Below are positions 1 to 13,356 of a stretch of DNA of 64,000 bases, one piece after another (the first letter of the stretch is position 1; each line of letters starts with the position of its first letter). The DNA is taken from NCBI GenBank assembly GCA_963847445.1, contig CAWJZV010000015.1, positions 64,001 to 128,000 of the forward strand. Direction: 5' to 3'. The position numbers and the translations under genes were made by a program. The notes under the pieces were generated by a model. The model searched no databases. It was not told the origin of the DNA and saw only the letters and a program-made list of their open reading frames with translations. The stretch is from an uncultured delta proteobacterium (lineage in GTDB: Bacteria; Desulfobacterota; Binatia; UBA9968).

Positions 1-47
1 GCCGCGAATCGACTGATTATCCTCTTTCCGGCAAGTTTCGCTCCAGC

Positions 48-420
48 GCACGCAAGTCCAGGGTCGAGAATGACGGAGCGTTGTACCATGTGATCGTCCG
101 CGGCAAGGCCGCGAACGTTTCATGACGACCAAGACCGAGACAGCTACCTGGAACGCCTGGAGTGCTAGCGCTAGCGCTGTGGAATACGCCCGTTCGCCTG
201 CGTCTTGATGTCGAACCAAGTACATTTTCACTTGGAGGCCAAAAACGTCCCGGTCTCCGAAATCATGCAAGGGATCCAGTTTAGATACACCCAGAGGTAT
301 AATCGGCCGCAGCGCGAGGTCGACCCTGTTTCAAGGCCTTATAAAGCGATAGTGCGTATCGAGATGCCGATTTGCTAGCACTGGTGCGCTATATTCATCT
401 CAATCCCGGACGGTTGAAAT
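48..420 (+). pseudogene. Decayed REP-associated tyrosine transposase (RAYT / IS200-like Y1 HUH)
   Basis: Manual translation across frames gives ARKSRVENDGALYHVIVRG, VLMSNQVHF, SEIMQGIQFRYTQRYN, LFQG..YKAI and LLALVRYIHLNPGR, which are typical RAYT motifs. No start codon, TAG stops and frameshifts. Confidence 0.8.
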
Positions 421-789
421 CTCTCGCTTTCAGTCGCCGTGATCGGTCGTACAGTCCGGTTCTGCGACGTTGCTCAAGATAAACTCCAGCCGTCATCCAG
501 GTTTGATTTTAGTCAGCACCGGATTCCCCGGTGCGCGGAAATACCGAAAATCACAATCGAGTGCAAATCGATTAAATTAACACCATCGGGCTTGCTGCCG
601 AGGGTCGCACTGTTAGACCTGCTAGCCAACTCTGGCTAGATGCCACGCCCGATTCCGCGTCGAGTCTTAATCCTACGGGTACGTATATCGCTAGTTCTGA
701 CGTGCCGGGGCAGCTTCCACCAGTGGCGCATTTGTGCTTAGAACCTGCCACCGTTTACAGTCAAATAGCAAGTTTTCTGCGCTATTCGC

Positions 790-818
790 TTGACAGGGAT
801 TTTGTCCGATGGCATAAA
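790..818 (+). promoter_or_regulatory. Putative sigma70 promoter for lrp-gltBD
   Basis: TTGACA at 790, 17-nt spacer, TG-n-CATAAA, then an AT-rich leader. Confidence 0.5.
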
Positions 819-859
819 AAGTTTAAGTTAATATTGAGAAAAGGCTTAAGATTTTTAAC

Positions 860-1345
860 TTGTTAGACTTAATAGATTTAAAAATCCTTTATATTCTGCA
901 AAATAGCGGGCGCAAGCGGCTGGCCGATATCGCCGATGAGGTGGAGTTGTCGGCGCCGGCCGTTATGGAGCGAGTAAAGAAGCTCGAGGCGAGCGGGGTC
1001 ATTAGGGGTTACCAGGCGCTGATCGACAGCAAGAAGGTCGGCAAGGACATTACCGCCTTCATCGGCGTGTCGATCGGCAACCAGAGCGGCATCGATAACT
1101 TTGCCCGGCAGATGCTTCGTTATGGCGATGTTTTGGAGTGTCATCATGTCACCGGTGACGAAAGCTTCATTCTCAAGGTGAAGTCCGCCAACACCGGTTC
1201 GCTGGAAAAACTATTGGGTGAGATTCGTTCGGTCGACGGGGTCACGCGCACCGTCACCAACGTCGTCCTGTCGACAGCCAAGGAGAGCCAAGCGCTCGAT
1301 CTCAACGCGGGCTTGGCCGAAAACGCCAGGGCCAAGAAGAAATAG
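860..1345 (+). CDS. Lrp/AsnC family transcriptional regulator
   Basis: N-terminal HTH (LDLIDLKILYILQNSGR...ERVKKLEASGVIRGY) and C-terminal RAM domain (ECHHVTGD). Confidence 0.93.
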   Translation: MLDLIDLKILYILQNSGRKRLADIADEVELSAPAVMERVKKLEASGVIRGYQALIDSKKVGKDITAFIGVSIGNQSGIDNFARQMLRYGDVLECHHVTGDESFILKVKSANTGSLEKLLGEIRSVDGVTRTVTNVVLSTAKESQALDLNAGLAENARAKKK

Positions 1346-1417
1346 CCCGATCGGGCGCTAATACATCGTCACCGCAAAATTGTCACAAGCAGGGAGTGAA
1401 AGCTGAAGGATAACCCC

Positions 1418-4400
1418 ATGAGTCATTCAGGATTGCCGGAAAAACAAGGTCTCTACGATCCGCGCTTCGAGCATGATGCCTGCGGCGTCGGTTTCGTCGT
1501 AAATATCAAGGGCGAAAAATCGCACGAGATCGTCGAGCAAGCGCTCACGGTATTGGAGAATCTCGATCATCGCGGCGCCTGCGGCTGCGAGGAAAACACC
1601 GGTGACGGCGCCGGCATCCTGATGCAGGTGCCGCACGTTTTTCTCAAAGAGGCCTGCGCCGGATTGGGTTTTCAGCTGCCGGAGCCGGGCGATTACGGCG
1701 TTGGCATGATTTTCTTGCCGGATCACCGCGAACAGCGCCTGCAGTTCGAAAAAATCATCGAGGCGATCGTTAAAGAAGAAGGCCAGCAGTGTCTCGGTTG
1801 GCGCAAGGTGCCGACGGACAATCTTTACCTGGGCGATGGTGCCAAGGCGACCGAACCGTTCGTGCGCCAAGTGTTTATCGGCCGCAGCGCGGATCTCGCG
1901 GATGACCTGGCGTTCGAGCGCAAGTTGTTCGTGATCCGGCGTCGCGCCGAGAATGCGATTCGCTACGCCGGACTGCCCGGCGGCGAATTTTTCTATGTGC
2001 CGAGCCTGTCGAGCCGGACATTGATTTATAAAGGCATGCTGACGTCGCGCCAGGTGTCGACTTTTTATCCCGACCTCAGCGATCCACAGTTCGAGTCGGC
2101 GATCGCGCTGGTGCACTCACGCTTCAGCACCAACACGTTTCCCAGCTGGGGACGGGCGCATCCCTATCGCTATCTGATTCACAACGGCGAGATCAATACC
2201 CTGCGCGGCAATGAGAACTGGATGCATGCGCGCCAGGGCATGTTGGCCTCGGAGATGTTCGGCGACGATCTCACGAAAGTTTTCCCGATCATTCAGGAAG
2301 ATGGCAGCGATTCGACCAAGTTCGACAACTGTCTGGAGTTTCTCGCGCTGAGCGGCCGCTCCTTGCCCCATGCCATGATGATGATGATCCCAGAGCCTTG
2401 GGAGAATCACGAGAGCATGGACGCCAAAAAGCGCGCCTTTTACGATTATCACAGCTGTCTGATGGAACCCTGGGACGGCCCGGCGTCGATCGCCTTTACC
2501 GACGGCACCGTGGTCGGCGCGGTGCTCGATCGCAACGGGCTGCGACCGTCGCGTTACTACGTGACCAAAGACGATCTGGTGATCATGGCGTCGGAAGTGG
2601 GCGTGCTCGACGTGCCGCCGGAGCGCGTGTTGGAAAAGCGCCGGCTGCAGCCGGGCCGGATGTTTCTGGTCGACACCAGCGAGGGGCGCATCATCAGCGA
2701 CGAAGAGATCAAGCAGCAGATGGCTGCGGCGCGAGCCCTATGGCCAGTGGCTCAAGGACAATCTGGTGCGCTTCAACGATTTGCCCGAAGTGAAAGATCA
2801 CGAGCCGCCGGTCGATCACCAGGCGACGCTGCAACGCTTGCAGGCGTTCGGCTACAACTTCGAAGATTTGCGCGTCAATATCGGTCCGATGGCGCAAAAC
2901 AGCATCCAGCCGGTGGGCTCCATGGGCACGGATACGCCGCTGGCGGTTTTGTCGGACAAGCCGCAATTGCTCTATAACTATTTCAAAGAACTGTTCGCCC
3001 AGGTGACCAATCCGCCCATCGATCCGATCCGCGAAGAGTTGATCACCTCGACGACATTGACCATCGGCAGCGAGGGCAATCTCGTCAATCCTGGACCGCA
3101 GAGCTGCCGGCAGCTGCGCTTGCCCGAACCGATTCTAAAAAATGCCGATCTGGAAAAACTCCGCCAGATCAGTTTGCCTGGCATCAAATCCGTGACCCTG
3201 CCGATCTTGTTCAATGCCAAGCGAGGGCAAGGCGGGCTTGGAGCGCGCGCTCGAAGATCTATTCAAAGCGGCCGATGCGGCGATTGTCGGTGGCGCGACG
3301 ATTGTGATTTTGTCCGACAAGGGCGTCGATCGCGCCCATGCGCCGATCCCGGCGCTGCTTGCCACGGCTGGCTTGCATCATCATCTGATCCGCGCCGGCA
3401 CGCGCACCCGCGTCGGCTTGGTGCTGGAGTCCGGCGAGCCGCGCGAAGTGCATCATTTCTGTTTGCTGATCGGTTACGGCGCTCAAGCGATCAATCCCTA
3501 TCTGGTCTACGAATGTCTGAACGACATGATTCATCAAGGGCTGCTGCAAAACATCAGCTACCATGACGCCGTCAAGGGTTACGACAAAGCCGTGCTACAA
3601 GGGCGTGGTCAAGGTGATGGCAAAGATGGGCATCTCGACCATCAAGTCCTACTGCGGCGCGCAGATTTTCGAGGCGGTGGGGTTGGGCGCAAGAGCTGGT
3701 GGATAAGTATTTCACCTGGACGCCGTCGCGAATCGGCGGCATCGGTCTCGAAGAAGTGGCGCGCGAAGCGCAGCAGCAGCATGCGCGGGCGTATCCAACT
3801 TATCCGTTGAATGGCCACACGTTGGAAGTCTACGGCCAGTACCAGTACCGCAAGGATGGCGAGCTGCATCTGTTCAACCCGCGGACGATTCATCTGTTGC
3901 AAAAGGCGGCGCGCAGCAACGATTACCGGACGTTCAAAGAATACACCCGGCTGATCGACGATCAGTCGGAGCGGCTCGCGACGCTGCGCGGTCTGATGGC
4001 GTTCAAGTACGTCGACAAACCGATTCCCATCGAGGAAGTCGAGCCGGTGGACGCAATCGTCAAACGGTTCAAGACCGGCGCCATGTCCTACGGTTCGATC
4101 AGCAAAGAGGCCCATGAAGCCTTGGCGATTGCGATGAACCGCATCGGCGGCAAGAGCAATACCGGCGAGGGTGGCGAAGATCCGGCGCGCTACGTGCTTG
4201 AAGGCAATGGCGATTCGAAGAACAGCGCGATCAAGCAAGTGGCTTCCGGCCGCTTCGGGGTCACCAGTTACTATCTCACCCAGGCCAAAGAGTTGCAGAT
4301 CAAGATGGCCCAGGGCGCCAAGCCGGGCGAAGGCGGCGAATTACCGGGGCGAAAAGTTTATCCATGGATCGCCAAAGTGCGCCACTCGACGCCGGGCGTC

Positions 4401-6020
4401 GGTCTGATCTCGCCGCCGCCGCACCATGATATTTATTCCATCGAAGATTTGGCGCAGCTGATTCACGATCTCAAGAACGCCAATCATCATGCGCGCATCA
4501 GCGTCAAGCTGGTTTCTGAAGTGGGCGTCGGCACGATTGCCGCGGGTGTGGCCAAAGGCCATGCCGATGTCGTGTTGATCAGCGGCCATGACGGCGGCAC
4601 CGGCGCTTCGCCGCAGACGAGCATCAAGCACGCCGGTTTGCCGTGGGAACTAGGTTTGGCCGAAACGCACCAAACCCTGGTGCTCAATAATCTGCGCAGC
4701 CGTATCGCCGTGGAAACCGATGGCCAATTGAAAACCGGCCGCGATGTCGTGATCGCCGCATTGCTCGGCGCCGAGGAGTTTGGCTTTGCCACCACGGCGC
4801 TGGTGACATTGGGTTGCATCATGATGCGGGTGTGCCATCTCGATACTTGTCCGGTGGGTGTGGCGACGCAAAATCCCGAGCTGCGCGCCAAGTTCGCCGG
4901 CGATCCTGAGTATGTCGTCAACTTCATGCGCTTCATCGCCCAAGAAATGCGCGAGCATATGGCCGAGCTCGGTTTTCGCACGATCAATGAAATGGTCGGC
5001 CGCGCCGACCGCATCGAGATGCGCCGTGCCGTCGCTCATTTGAAAGCGCAGGGGATGGACTACTCGGCGATACTTTATCAGCCGAAGGTCGGTCCCGAGG
5101 TCGGGCGCTACTGTCAGATCCCGCAGAATCACGGCTTGGAGAACGCGCTGGACAATCAAGTGCTGCTCGATCTCGCGGCGCCGGCCTTGGAGCGCAAGGA
5201 AAAGGTCAAAGCCACGCTCGATATTCGCAACACCAACCGGGTCGTCGGGACGATTCTCGGCAGCGAAGTGACGCGCCGTTACGGTCCCCAGGGTTTGCCC
5301 GAGGACACGATTCATTTTCATTTTCAGGGGTCCGCCGGACAGAGCTTTGGCGCATTTATCCCGCCGGGGGTAACCCTCGAACTGGAGGGCGACGCCAACG
5401 ATTATTTCGGCAAGGGCTTGTCCGGCGGCAAGGTCGTGCTCTATCCGCCGGAGGATTCGACCTTCGCGCCCGAGGAAAACATCATCGTCGGCAACGTCGC
5501 CTTCTACGGTGCGACCAATGGCGAGGCCTACATTCGCGGCATGGCGGGCGAGCGTTTTTGCGTGCGCAACAGCGGCGTGCGCGCCGTGGTCGAAGGCGTC
5601 GGCGACCATGCTTGTGAGTATATGACCGGCGGGCGGCTGGTCGTGATCGGTAAGACCGGCCGCAACTTCGCCGCCGGCATGTCCGGCGGCATCGCCTATG
5701 TCCTCGACGAAGATGGCACGCTCAAAAACCGCTGTAACCTGGAGACGGTGAGTTTAGAACCCCTAGACCAGCGTGACTTGCAAGAAGTAGAAGAGTTGCT
5801 CAAGCGCCACGCGGTCTATACCCATAGCGCGCGGGCGTGGCAGCTCTTGGCGCTGTGGCAGGAGACCGCGCCCAAGTTCGTCAAAGTCATGCCGAAGGAT
5901 TACCGGCGTGTGGTCGAGGCGCTGCAAGCGGCCGAGGCCAAGGGACTGGTGGGTGACGATGCGCTGATGGCGGCGTTCGAAGCCAACAAGAACGATGCGT
6001 CCCGGGTGAGCGGCAACTGA
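1418..6020 (+). CDS. gltB: Glutamate synthase large subunit (split over four ORFs by frameshifts, probably sequencing errors)
   Basis: [52 protein letters not shown] repeats in ORFs 1418-2977, 2766-3566, 3214-3810, 3699-6020. Confidence 0.97.
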
Positions 6021-6218
6021 TCCGCAAGACGCAGACAAAACCCGAAACTTGAAAGCGGCCCCGCGGACCGAAACCAATCCCGATGGACCAAAGCACATCT
6101 TCAATGTTCTAAACGGACCCGTTGCGGATTTCGAATTTTTTCGCCGGCATATCGGTGCGGTAAATTTTTTAAATCGCTCCGGTTAACACTTCTGCTTAGA
6201 GAAAGAGAAGATTGAGAG

Positions 6219-7702
<1,484 letters not shown>

Positions 7703-8009
7703 CTCTTCGGCGGGCTGCGCTGCGCGTGCCCGCCTTCTGGATTCCTTCGGCAATTCTGCACTTCGCTGTTACCAAGATTCGCTATATTGCATGACCTCCA
7801 GAGGCTGCTGTCCCGGTTGTCTCAGGACTGCCCGGTCATGCCGGTTTTGCATGAGCCATTTGTCAGCAGCTGTCAGCCGGCGCTGCGATGATTTAAGGGG
7901 AATCGATGCGACACTCATGATGCTCCATTGCTATTTGTGTCATGGCATCGCGTTGCTCTTGCCACTATGGCGGAGGACTGAGGTCCTACCAATTATCGCT
8001 GATAATCAT

Positions 8010-8112
8010 CTCGTCTGAAAAAGCCAAACTCATCGTGAGGTGAGGGCGGAAAGCCACGGATCAGCAAGGCTTCATACCGAAGCCCGGTCTGACTGCCGAG
8101 CTGCCAAAAGCG
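8010..8112 (+). ncRNA. Cyclic di-GMP-I (GEMM) riboswitch
   Basis: AAGCCAAAC, P2 stem CTCATC-GTGA(GNRA)-GGTGAG, GGCGGAAAGCC junction, P3 with TCAG/CTGA and GGCTTC/GAAGCC, closing CTGCCGAGCTGCC; matches GEMM-I consensus; 40 nt upstream of RBS and ATG 8154. Confidence 0.85.
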
Positions 8113-8153
8113 GGTTTAACGGATTGCCGGGCAGTTCGAAGAGGAGTCAGGCT

Positions 8154-8823
8154 ATGAAACAAAGCAGCACGCAGAATTCAGAATTTTTCGAATACGAAGA
8201 CTTATCCAGCGTGGCGCAAGAAAGGTCCGAAGCTAGCGAGTTTTTGCCATACCATCGCATCCTGCGGATTCTGGGTTCTATGCTTCAGCAAGGAGAGTCT
8301 CGCGGAGTTTGAGATACAGCAGAGTGATGATGTTTATACGATTCGCGGGCAATCTCCACGGCAAGCTTCCGGCTGTTTGTCGCTGTTAGGCAGAATCTTC
8401 GGCGCCGGTAAATCAATGAGAAATGGCGATCTCGCGGTCACGGGTAAGCTGCGTTACTCGGTTCGCGATATCTTGCTTTTCGAGACCGAGGAGCGCGCGC
8501 AGCGCAAAGAGTCCAGCGAAATACCAGATCCCTATGCTCCATCGCAAATTCTTCGTGGCGTCGGCTGCTATCTCGACAAGCGTGAAGGTAGCCGGCTAGT
8601 CAGTGTAAAAGTGAAAAATCGCTGGGTGACGATCGATTATCTTGCTAGAGACGGCCGCGTGGAAAAGATCTATCAGGATTTCGATTACTTTTACGATTAC
8701 GGGGTGAAGATGTATATGCAGCGCAGCAACCGGTCTAAGTTGCCACCTCCGAGCGATCCGACGCTTTTCGTGACCTGGGAAGCCCGGCAACAGCGACATA
8801 AGTTGTCCCGGAATCCTGTTTAA
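8154..8823 (+). CDS. Hypothetical protein downstream of the riboswitch (frameshifted; ORFs 8154-8312 and 8377-8823)
   Basis: GAGGAG RBS before ATG 8154; two similar segments LPYHRILRILGSML and DPYAPSQILRGVGCYL. Confidence 0.6.
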
Positions 8824-9062
8824 CGGCGGAAAATAGGCGAGCCCAATGCCAGGCGTCGCTTGGTTGAGCTGCCATTCTGCAGTCCCGCTGCCGCGTTTCC
8901 AAATAGTTTTTGCAGTCTGCCGCGCGAATTGCGACGCACGCATCCGTCGCTGCGATCAATGATGGCTTCGCCTCTCCGACAATTGACAAGAGAAAATCGC
9001 AATTGTTATGGTCGCGTTGCGTCATTGTTCGGCAGCGACAGGCGTATCGGAAAGGAGTCTGA

Positions 9063-9918
9063 ATGGCGCCTGAGAAAACATTGGAGTGGCCTAATGGTGC
9101 GCGTCGTTGCCTTCGTTCTCGGCATCGCCTTCGAGGCCTGGGATAAAAACAAACCGACCCAAGGCGCAGCGTTGCAATCGCCGCTGCCTAAAGACGCTTT
9201 GTGGAAACGGGACTGGTCGACGGAGACCTTTCGCGAGTTCGGCGCCAAAGTCGGACTCAAGCGTTTGCTCGACATCTGCGATCGCTATGATGTGAAGACC
9301 AGCGTGCAGGTGAACGGCTTGACCTGTGTGTATTATCCAGAGCTGGTCAAGGATTGTTACGACCGCGGCCACGAGCTAGTCGCCCATGGCTGGGATCAAG
9401 GCGAGCGGCTCTATATGCTGACCCGCGAGCAGGAGCGCGAGAATATTCTCAAGACCATCGACGCCATCGTCAAAGTTACCGGCGAGAGACCCAAGGGCTG
9501 GTCGTCGCCGGGCGTGCGCCCGACCGATAACACGGTGGAACTGCTCGCCGAAACTGGTTTAGAATTTCATTGCGATTTTCACGACGACGAGATGCCCTAT
9601 CCGATCTGGGTCGGCGATAAGCTGATCATCGAGTTTCCCCATCAGTACACGATTAACGATCATCGCATGCAGGAAGAGGGCACGCGCCAAGAGTTCTTCG
9701 AAAAATTCACCGACGAGTTCGACTACCGCTACCGCATCGGCGACAAGAATCCGACCATGATGAACGTCATCACCCACGCCTATCTGATCTCGCGGATTCC
9801 CTTCATCGATACATTCGAAAAAATCATCGGTTACGCGAAGAATCACAAGGACGTTTGGTTCGCTCGGCGCGGCGATGTCGCGGCGTGGGCGAGGAAGCAT
9901 GTGTTGGCGAATAGGTAG
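9063..9918 (+). CDS. Polysaccharide deacetylase (NodB/PuuE-like), frameshift near the 5' end
   Basis: MAPEKTLEWPNG start, EFGAKVGLKRLL, GHELVAHGW, GERPKGWSSPG, VWFARRGDVA. Confidence 0.85.
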
Positions 9919-9968
9919 AGTTTTAACGATTCCGTTTTAGAGCGAGCTAACGCGGTCCCTCGACTTTT

Positions 9969-10007
9969 CGTTCCAATCGTTCAAACTGTTCAAACCGTTC
10001 AAATCGT
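9969..10007. repeat. Tandem 9-mer array (YGTTCMAAY x4), single arm
   Basis: cgttccaat cgttcaaac tgttcaaac cgttcaaat between convergent genes. Confidence 0.85.
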
Positions 10008-10070
10008 CAGGGAGGCGGAGACGCCGAGCCGAGAGGGATTGCTGCCGTCGCGGCTCGGTCGTATCCTGAG

Positions 10071-11039
10071 CTACTTAATCCAAAGCGCGTTGAGGTCGCC
10101 GATGTTCGGCAGCAGGCCTAAGCCGATGCCGGACTGGAGGATCTTGTTCTGCGACTGAAAGAAGCCGTCGCCCCATTTGTCAGCGAAGTTTTCCTTGTTG
10201 ACCCTCATGCCGGCGCTGACCTCTTCGGCGCTGCTTAGATTGAAAAACTCCTTAGCTTTAGACTTGAAGAACTCATCGTCCTGTCCTTTTTTAATCATTT
10301 GCACGGCGTCGATGTAGGCGCCGCGCAGGGCTTTGACCAGCTGGGGCTGTTTCTCGATGGTCTCTTTGAGCATGCCGACGGTGGATTTGAGCGGCGGCGC
10401 GCCGAAGATTTGTTCCAGGGCGATATCGAAGTCGACCAAGACGCGGTAGCGGCCGGAGATGACCATGCGCGTGACGTGAGGTTCGAACATGTTGATCGCC
10501 TCGACATCGCCGCGTTCGAGTAGAGCAATCAGCGCGCCGGTCTCCGCCGGAATGTGCTGAAAGTCTTTTTCGAGATCGAGCTTATGTTCCTTGGCGATGA
10601 CGGCGGCGAAAAAGAACGCGCCGGTGACGCGGGCGAAGTTGCCGATCTTTTTGCCCTTGAGATCGGCGAAGGACTTGTAGGGCGAGTCTTTCTTCACCAC
10701 CCAAGAGTTGCCGGACCAGATTTGCGGCGTGATCAAGCGAATGTCGGTGCCGCTCTTGACCAAGTTGACCGCGGTGCTCGGCTGCATGGCGCTGGCGACG
10801 GCGCGGCCGAGTTTGACCGCGTTGGCCGCTTCGGTAAAGTCCATCATCATGTTGGTGATCTTGATGCCGTACTTGACGTCGAGCCCTTTGTTCTCGATCA
10901 GCGCGGCGACGTAGCCGGACTGGCCCGACGCGCTGGTGGCGACGTTGATCGGCTGTATCGCTGGCCGGCGGGGGCTTCGGTTCTAGGTGGCGAGCGTCAT
11001 CCAAGCGGTCGCGATTAAGACGAAAAATTTATTTTTCAT
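10071..11039 (-). CDS. ABC transporter substrate-binding protein, NitT/TauT/NMT1 family (5' frameshift)
   Basis: KSFADLKGKKIG, LERGDVEAINMFEP; ATG 11039 overlaps the ATPase stop. Confidence 0.85.
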
Positions 11040-11797
11040 GATTCTTCCTCCTCTTTGAGAGTCACTTTGGTTTCGAGTTCGGCGGCGAAGCCATAAAGCT
11101 CCGGGCCCCATTGGCGCGGCGTCGCTAACGGATTGGTCACGTAGGCGTCCAAGCGCGCCGGCCGGCGCGTGAGCGTGACGACGTAGTCGCTCATGTAAGC
11201 GGCTTCGGCGAGATTGTGGGTGACGAATAATACGGTGCGGTGCAGCTGCTCGCAGAGCCGTCGGGTGGTTTGACGCAACTGGCGCGCGGTCAATTCATCG
11301 ACGCTGGCAAACGGCTCGTCCATCAATACCAGATCGGATTCGATGGCCAAGGCGCGCGCCAGACCGACGCGCTGGCGCTGGCCGCCGGAAAGATAGAGCG
11401 GAAATTGATTGATATATTCGTCGAGCCCGACCAGTGCCAAATAGTGACGAACCCGCTTCTCCGATTCGGCTTCATCGACGCCGGCGCCTTTCAATGCCAG
11501 CCGGAGATTGTCGCCGATGGTTTTCCACGGCAGCAGGCGCGGGCTTTGAAATACGTAGCCGATCAGCGGCCGCTCTTGGGTCTTGCCGTTGTTAATAAAT
11601 TTTAGCTCGCCGCGGTCGAGCCGTTCCAAGCCGACGATGGAATTGAGCAAGGTAGACTTGCCGCAGCCGGAAGGCCCGATCAAAACCGTGACCGAACCCT
11701 CTTTAGCTTGGAAGGACAAACGGTCGATGACTTTGAAGGGTTGGCCGTCTTCGCGGCGAAACCACTTTTCAATATCTTGGACGACCAGTTCCGCCAT
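11036..11797 (-). CDS. ABC transporter ATP-binding protein, NitT/TauT family
   Basis: GPSGCGKST, LSGGQRQR, LMDEPF, FVTHN. Confidence 0.95.
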   Translation of the reverse strand: MAELVVQDIEKWFRREDGQPFKVIDRLSFQAKEGSVTVLIGPSGCGKSTLLNSIVGLERLDRGELKFINNGKTQERPLIGYVFQSPRLLPWKTIGDNLRLALKGAGVDEAESEKRVRHYLALVGLDEYINQFPLYLSGGQRQRVGLARALAIESDLVLMDEPFASVDELTARQLRQTTRRLCEQLHRTVLFVTHNLAEAAYMSDYVVTLTRRPARLDAYVTNPLATPRQWGPELYGFAAELETKVTLKEEEES

Positions 11798-12662
11798 CTA
11801 GCGTCTCCACACGTCGATCTTCGGCCGCCAGGCGGTCAGCCGGCGCTCAGCGAGATTGATGATGCCGTATTCGATGACGATCATGGCGACGACGAAGGTC
11901 AGCGTCCAGGCGATGACGCCTTCCATGTTGAAGACCTGATAGGACTTCATGACTTGATAGCCGACGCCGTTGCTAGTGCCGAACATTTCGACGACGACGA
12001 CGACTTTCCAGGCGAGCCCCAGGCCGTAACGGGTGGCGGCGAAGATATTCGACACCAACTGCGGCAGGATCACCTGGGTGATTTTCATCGACTTGGTGAA
12101 ATGAAAGACATGGCTCATGTCCATCAGTTCTTTGTCGAGGGATTTCACCCCGGCCCAAATATTGATCACCAGCATGGGAAAGGTCGTCACCGCCACGGCG
12201 AAATAGGAAGCGAATTCATTGATGCCGAACAACATGACGGCGATGAGCGCCCACATGAGCCCTGGAATCGTCAGCCCCAAGACGACCAGCGGCTGAAAAA
12301 AGTGCTCGCCCATGCGCACCGTGCCCATGTAGATGCCGACGGCGACGCTAAAAATCATCGCCACCGTGGCGCCGACGAAGACGCGGCGCAGGCTCTGGTA
12401 CATGTGGAAGAAAAAGGAACCGTCGGTGATGAGCCGGATCGCTTCGTTCAGCGTGCTCATGGGGCTCGGCAGCAGGCGCGGATAGATCAGATAGAGCAGC
12501 CACCAGATTCCCAGGACACTGCTGACGGCCAACAACGGTGGTAGATATTCTGCCGAGCAAATCACGTCCCGCCGAGTTGCCGAAAGTCGGGATGGTTTCG
12601 GCTCCGGCGATACCGGCTGCTTGGCCGGAGATCGCTGCTTGATTGTTCGGGTCGAAGGCCAT
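11798..12662 (-). CDS. ABC transporter permease, NitT/TauT family (5' frameshift)
   Basis: Hydrophobic; LLPSP, LAWKVVVVVEMFG...GVGY, ERRLTAWR. Confidence 0.9.
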
Positions 12663-12813
12663 CGACAGCATTTGTGCTATAGACCGCGGACCCTGTCAAA
12701 CGTCGTCGCAGAAACCTGGATTTCGGCACCGCAAGGGATGACAGAAAAAGACAACCGAGAGAATTTTACCTATGGTGCTCAGACACGGATACGCTTCCGT
12801 AGGTAGATAGGCG

Positions 12814-13320
12814 CTATCGGGTATTCTGCTGCCGCAACCTGTCCAAATCATGCTGCATCTGATTGCGTTGGATCTGCTCCTGCAATGAGCGGATTTGTTG
12901 TTGGCGCTGCAAGTCGTTGATCTGCTGCTGCTGGCGCAGCGGATCTTTCTCTTGTTCGATGCGGCGCAGCTGTTGGTCGGTTTGCAGGCGTTGGAGTTGC
13001 TGGTCGTTTTTTAGTTGATCGAGTTGTTGTTGGGTTTGAGTTGTTTGGGGTTTCTGGGCGTCCGCTGGGTCGGTCTTTTGCTGTTTGATTTGATCTAACT
13101 GCTGTTGCGACTGGCTGCTCTGTTGATCCCGTTTGAGTTGTTCGATTTGCTCCTTGGCTCTCAGCTCTTTGGTCTGTTGTTCCTGGCGCGTCTTGCTTGT
13201 CTCTTGCAAGATTTCTTGCACCGGATCGGCCGCGGCCTGAAGATTTCCAGCCTCAGTCACAAGCAAGGCTAATAAAGAAAGCACCGACAGCTTCGTCGTC
13301 ATATGGTTCAATGTTGGCAA
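12814..13320 (-). CDS. Secreted glutamine-rich coiled-coil hypothetical protein
   Basis: Signal-peptide-like N-terminus; repeated QQQLDQ(I/L)K. Confidence 0.65.
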   Translation of the reverse strand: MPTLNHMTTKLSVLSLLALLVTEAGNLQAAADPVQEILQETSKTRQEQQTKELRAKEQIEQLKRDQQSSQSQQQLDQIKQQKTDPADAQKPQTTQTQQQLDQLKNDQQLQRLQTDQQLRRIEQEKDPLRQQQQINDLQRQQQIRSLQEQIQRNQMQHDLDRLRQQNTR

Positions 13321-13356
13321 CCTAAAGCGGTCATTGCAAGTGCTGCGTGGTTGGGG

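Noticed and set aside
439-639. 66-aa ORF after the RAYT remnant
   Set aside because: No RBS or motif; probably decayed sequence.
2730-3700. Programmed ribosomal frameshifting in gltB
   Set aside because: Three shifts without evident slippery motifs, in a window full of indels; sequencing error is simpler.
7943-7956. Sigma54 promoter upstream of the riboswitch (TGGCATCGCGTTGC)
   Set aside because: GG-to-GC spacing is 9 rather than the required 10; only valid if a base is missing by sequencing error.
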